In this document: in pieces, positions 62,474-64,000 of the stretch | How the letters are laid out: the number at the start of each line of letters is the position of its first letter | Numbering within the stretch: position 1 is the first letter of the stretch | Assembly: GCA_963717145.1 (NCBI GenBank) | Contig: OY970325.1 | Coordinates: forward strand, 1,632,001-1,696,000 | Reading direction: 5' to 3' | DNA: 64,000 nt | Source: an uncultured Armatimonadetes bacterium | Lineage (GTDB): Bacteria; Armatimonadota; UBA5829; DTJY01 | The notes under the pieces: generated by a model | The model's input: the letters and a program-made list of their open reading frames with translations, nothing else | The model's database searches: none | What the model was told of the DNA's origin: nothing | Translations under genes and position numbers: made by a program

Positions 62474-63358
62474 ATGACCGAATCCATCGAAATAACCGCC
62501 AAGCTTGACACGGCCGACCTCGCGAAGGCGTGGGCCGAGAAGCAGGACCGCAAGCCGAAGCTCGTGCTCGACCTCGGTGTCGCCGCCCGGACCGACATGG
62601 GCCGGGTGCGCGAGAACAACGAGGACAAGTTCGACTTCTTCGAGCCGGATGAGCTTCCCGTGCTCGCGGTCAAGGGATCGTTTTTCGCGGTCGCGGACGG
62701 CATGGGCGGCCATGAGTCCGGCCAGGTCGCCAGTGAACTCGGCCTCAAGACAGTGCTGACCCAATACTACGCCGATCCGGACGAGGATGTCGAGAAGAGC
62801 CTTGCCGCAGCCCTCGTCGCCGCGAACTCCTACGTCTACGAGACCGCGCAAGTCATCCCCGGGCGGAGCGGTATGGGCACAACCTGCACCGCCGCAGTCT
62901 TTCGCGAGAATGAGCTTTTTGTCGGCCATGTCGGTGACAGCCGGGCCTATCTCATACGTAATGGAAGTATGAAGCAGGTGACGGAAGATCACTCGTGGGT
63001 CGCCGAGCAGGTCAAACGGGGCGCGATGACCGAGCAAGAGGCGTCCATGTCGCCATTCCGCAACGTGATCACGCGATCGCTCGGGGCAGCCCCGGATGTC
63101 GAACCGGATGTCTACCGCCGAGAACTCGAGATCGGCGACGTGCTTCTACTCTGCTCGGACGGCTTGACCGGCTATGTGGATGATCAGACGATTCTCGAGA
63201 CGGCGGGCTCCTTCGGGCCGTCGCTCGCGGCCCTGAAGCTCGTCCAGAAGGCGAACGAGAACGGCGGCGGCGATAACGTCACGGTCGTGATCGTCGCCGT
63301 CCGAGACATAGTCCGTCTCGGCCGCAAGAGCCGTCTGGGCAAGCTCCTGGGGGTTTAG
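62474..63358 (+). CDS. PP2C/Stp1-family Ser/Thr phosphatase
   Basis: GRVRENNED, VADGMGGH, MGTT, HVGDSRAY, CSDGL, GGGDNVT. Confidence 0.95.
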   Translation: MTESIEITAKLDTADLAKAWAEKQDRKPKLVLDLGVAARTDMGRVRENNEDKFDFFEPDELPVLAVKGSFFAVADGMGGHESGQVASELGLKTVLTQYYADPDEDVEKSLAAALVAANSYVYETAQVIPGRSGMGTTCTAAVFRENELFVGHVGDSRAYLIRNGSMKQVTEDHSWVAEQVKRGAMTEQEASMSPFRNVITRSLGAAPDVEPDVYRRELEIGDVLLLCSDGLTGYVDDQTILETAGSFGPSLAALKLVQKANENGGGDNVTVVIVAVRDIVRLGRKSRLGKLLGV

Positions 63359-63363
63359 TTGTT

Positions 63364-63467
63364 GTAGGAGGGATTTGTCGGGATGGTTTGTGCCCGACAA
63401 TCCCGATTGGCGTCGGGGGGTTGATCGGGATTGTCAGGCACAAACCATCCCGACAAATCCCTCCTAC
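63364..63467. repeat. Inverted GTAG-REP pair, family D
   Basis: gtaggagggatttgtcgggatggtttgtgcccgacaatcccgat and near-perfect reverse complement. Confidence 0.9.
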
Positions 63468-63477
63468 ATGCGGTAAC

Positions 63478-64000
63478 ATGTCAACAAACACACTCGGCAG
63501 ATATCAGATCATACGGGAGATCGGTCGGAGCAACGACATAGTGTACGAGGCGGTGGATCCCGGTATCAACCGCCGCGTTGCGCTTAAGGAGTTGTGCGTG
63601 CCGGGGAACCTTTCGGGCCAGCAGAGGCGCGAGAGGGTCGAGCGCTTCTACCGCGAGGCACGGGCCGCGGGATCGCTCGCCCACCCCAACATCGTCACCG
63701 TGTATGAAGCCGGCGAGGATCAGGGACGCCACTTCATCGCCATGGAGTTCCTGGAGGGGCAGTCCCTCCGCGACATCCTCGATATCGAAGGCAGCATGTC
63801 GGTCGATAAGGCGGTCGAGATCGCCCGCCAGGTCTGCAGCGGCCTGTCGTACGCCCACGCAAAGCATGTTGTCCATCGTGACATCAAGCCGGACAACATC
63901 CAGGTCCTCCCCGGCGGGCAGGTCAAGATCACCGACTTCGGGATCGCGCGCCTTATGGAAGAGCCCTCGCTGACCGCTGACGGACAGGTTTTCGGCACAC
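63478..64000 (+). CDS. Hanks-type Ser/Thr kinase (truncated by window end)
   Basis: Manual translation: MSTNTLGRYQIIREIGRSNDIVYEA, VALKE, HPNIV, HRDIKPDN, TDFGIAR, FGT. Confidence 0.94.
   Translation, partial: MSTNTLGRYQIIREIGRSNDIVYEAVDPGINRRVALKELCVPGNLSGQQRRERVERFYREARAAGSLAHPNIVTVYEAGEDQGRHFIAMEFLEGQSLRDILDIEGSMSVDKAVEIARQVCSGLSYAHAKHVVHRDIKPDNIQVLPGGQVKITDFGIARLMEEPSLTADGQVFGT

Noticed and set aside
60178-64000. Canonical TerY-P defence triad
   Set aside because: The VWA is a long YfbK-like protein, PP2C is Stp1-like, and FHA genes are interleaved. Only the domain order matches.

Overview
GC-rich bacterial chromosome segment, mostly core genes on the minus strand. Gene content tentatively suggests a diderm lineage such as Armatimonadota (inference, unverified). 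Left to right: recG-coaD-[DivIVA-like]-pta-ackA-yceD-rpmF-plsX-fabH-fabD; a LolA-like protein, a Tat-exported oxidoreductase and a 1.2-kaa STN/LolA-like/TPR protein; sbcDC; pdhABC; a zf-HC2 anti-sigma factor followed by a 1074-aa SprA-like beta-rich protein; tgt-HD-secDF-[IS66]-recJ-rel-dtd-TPR-MBL; ugd-TPR; an orphan OmpR regulator; hisC-aroF-tyrA-[IS481]-cmk-plsC; two divergent thioredoxin reductases plus a PDO; STAS; acpS-nnr; and a Ser/Thr signalling operon (two membrane FHA proteins, methyltransferase, VWA, double-FHA, PP2C, kinase cut by the window end). Six genes carry single-base frameshifts, probably sequencing errors. Intergenic DNA is dense with many families of palindromic REP-like and oligomer-tandem repeats; some supply stop or start codons or sit inside genes. 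I recognised no rRNA, tRNA or CRISPR array. Best candidates for undescribed systems: the FHA/VWA phospho-threonine operon and the anti-sigma plus SprA-like barrel pair.
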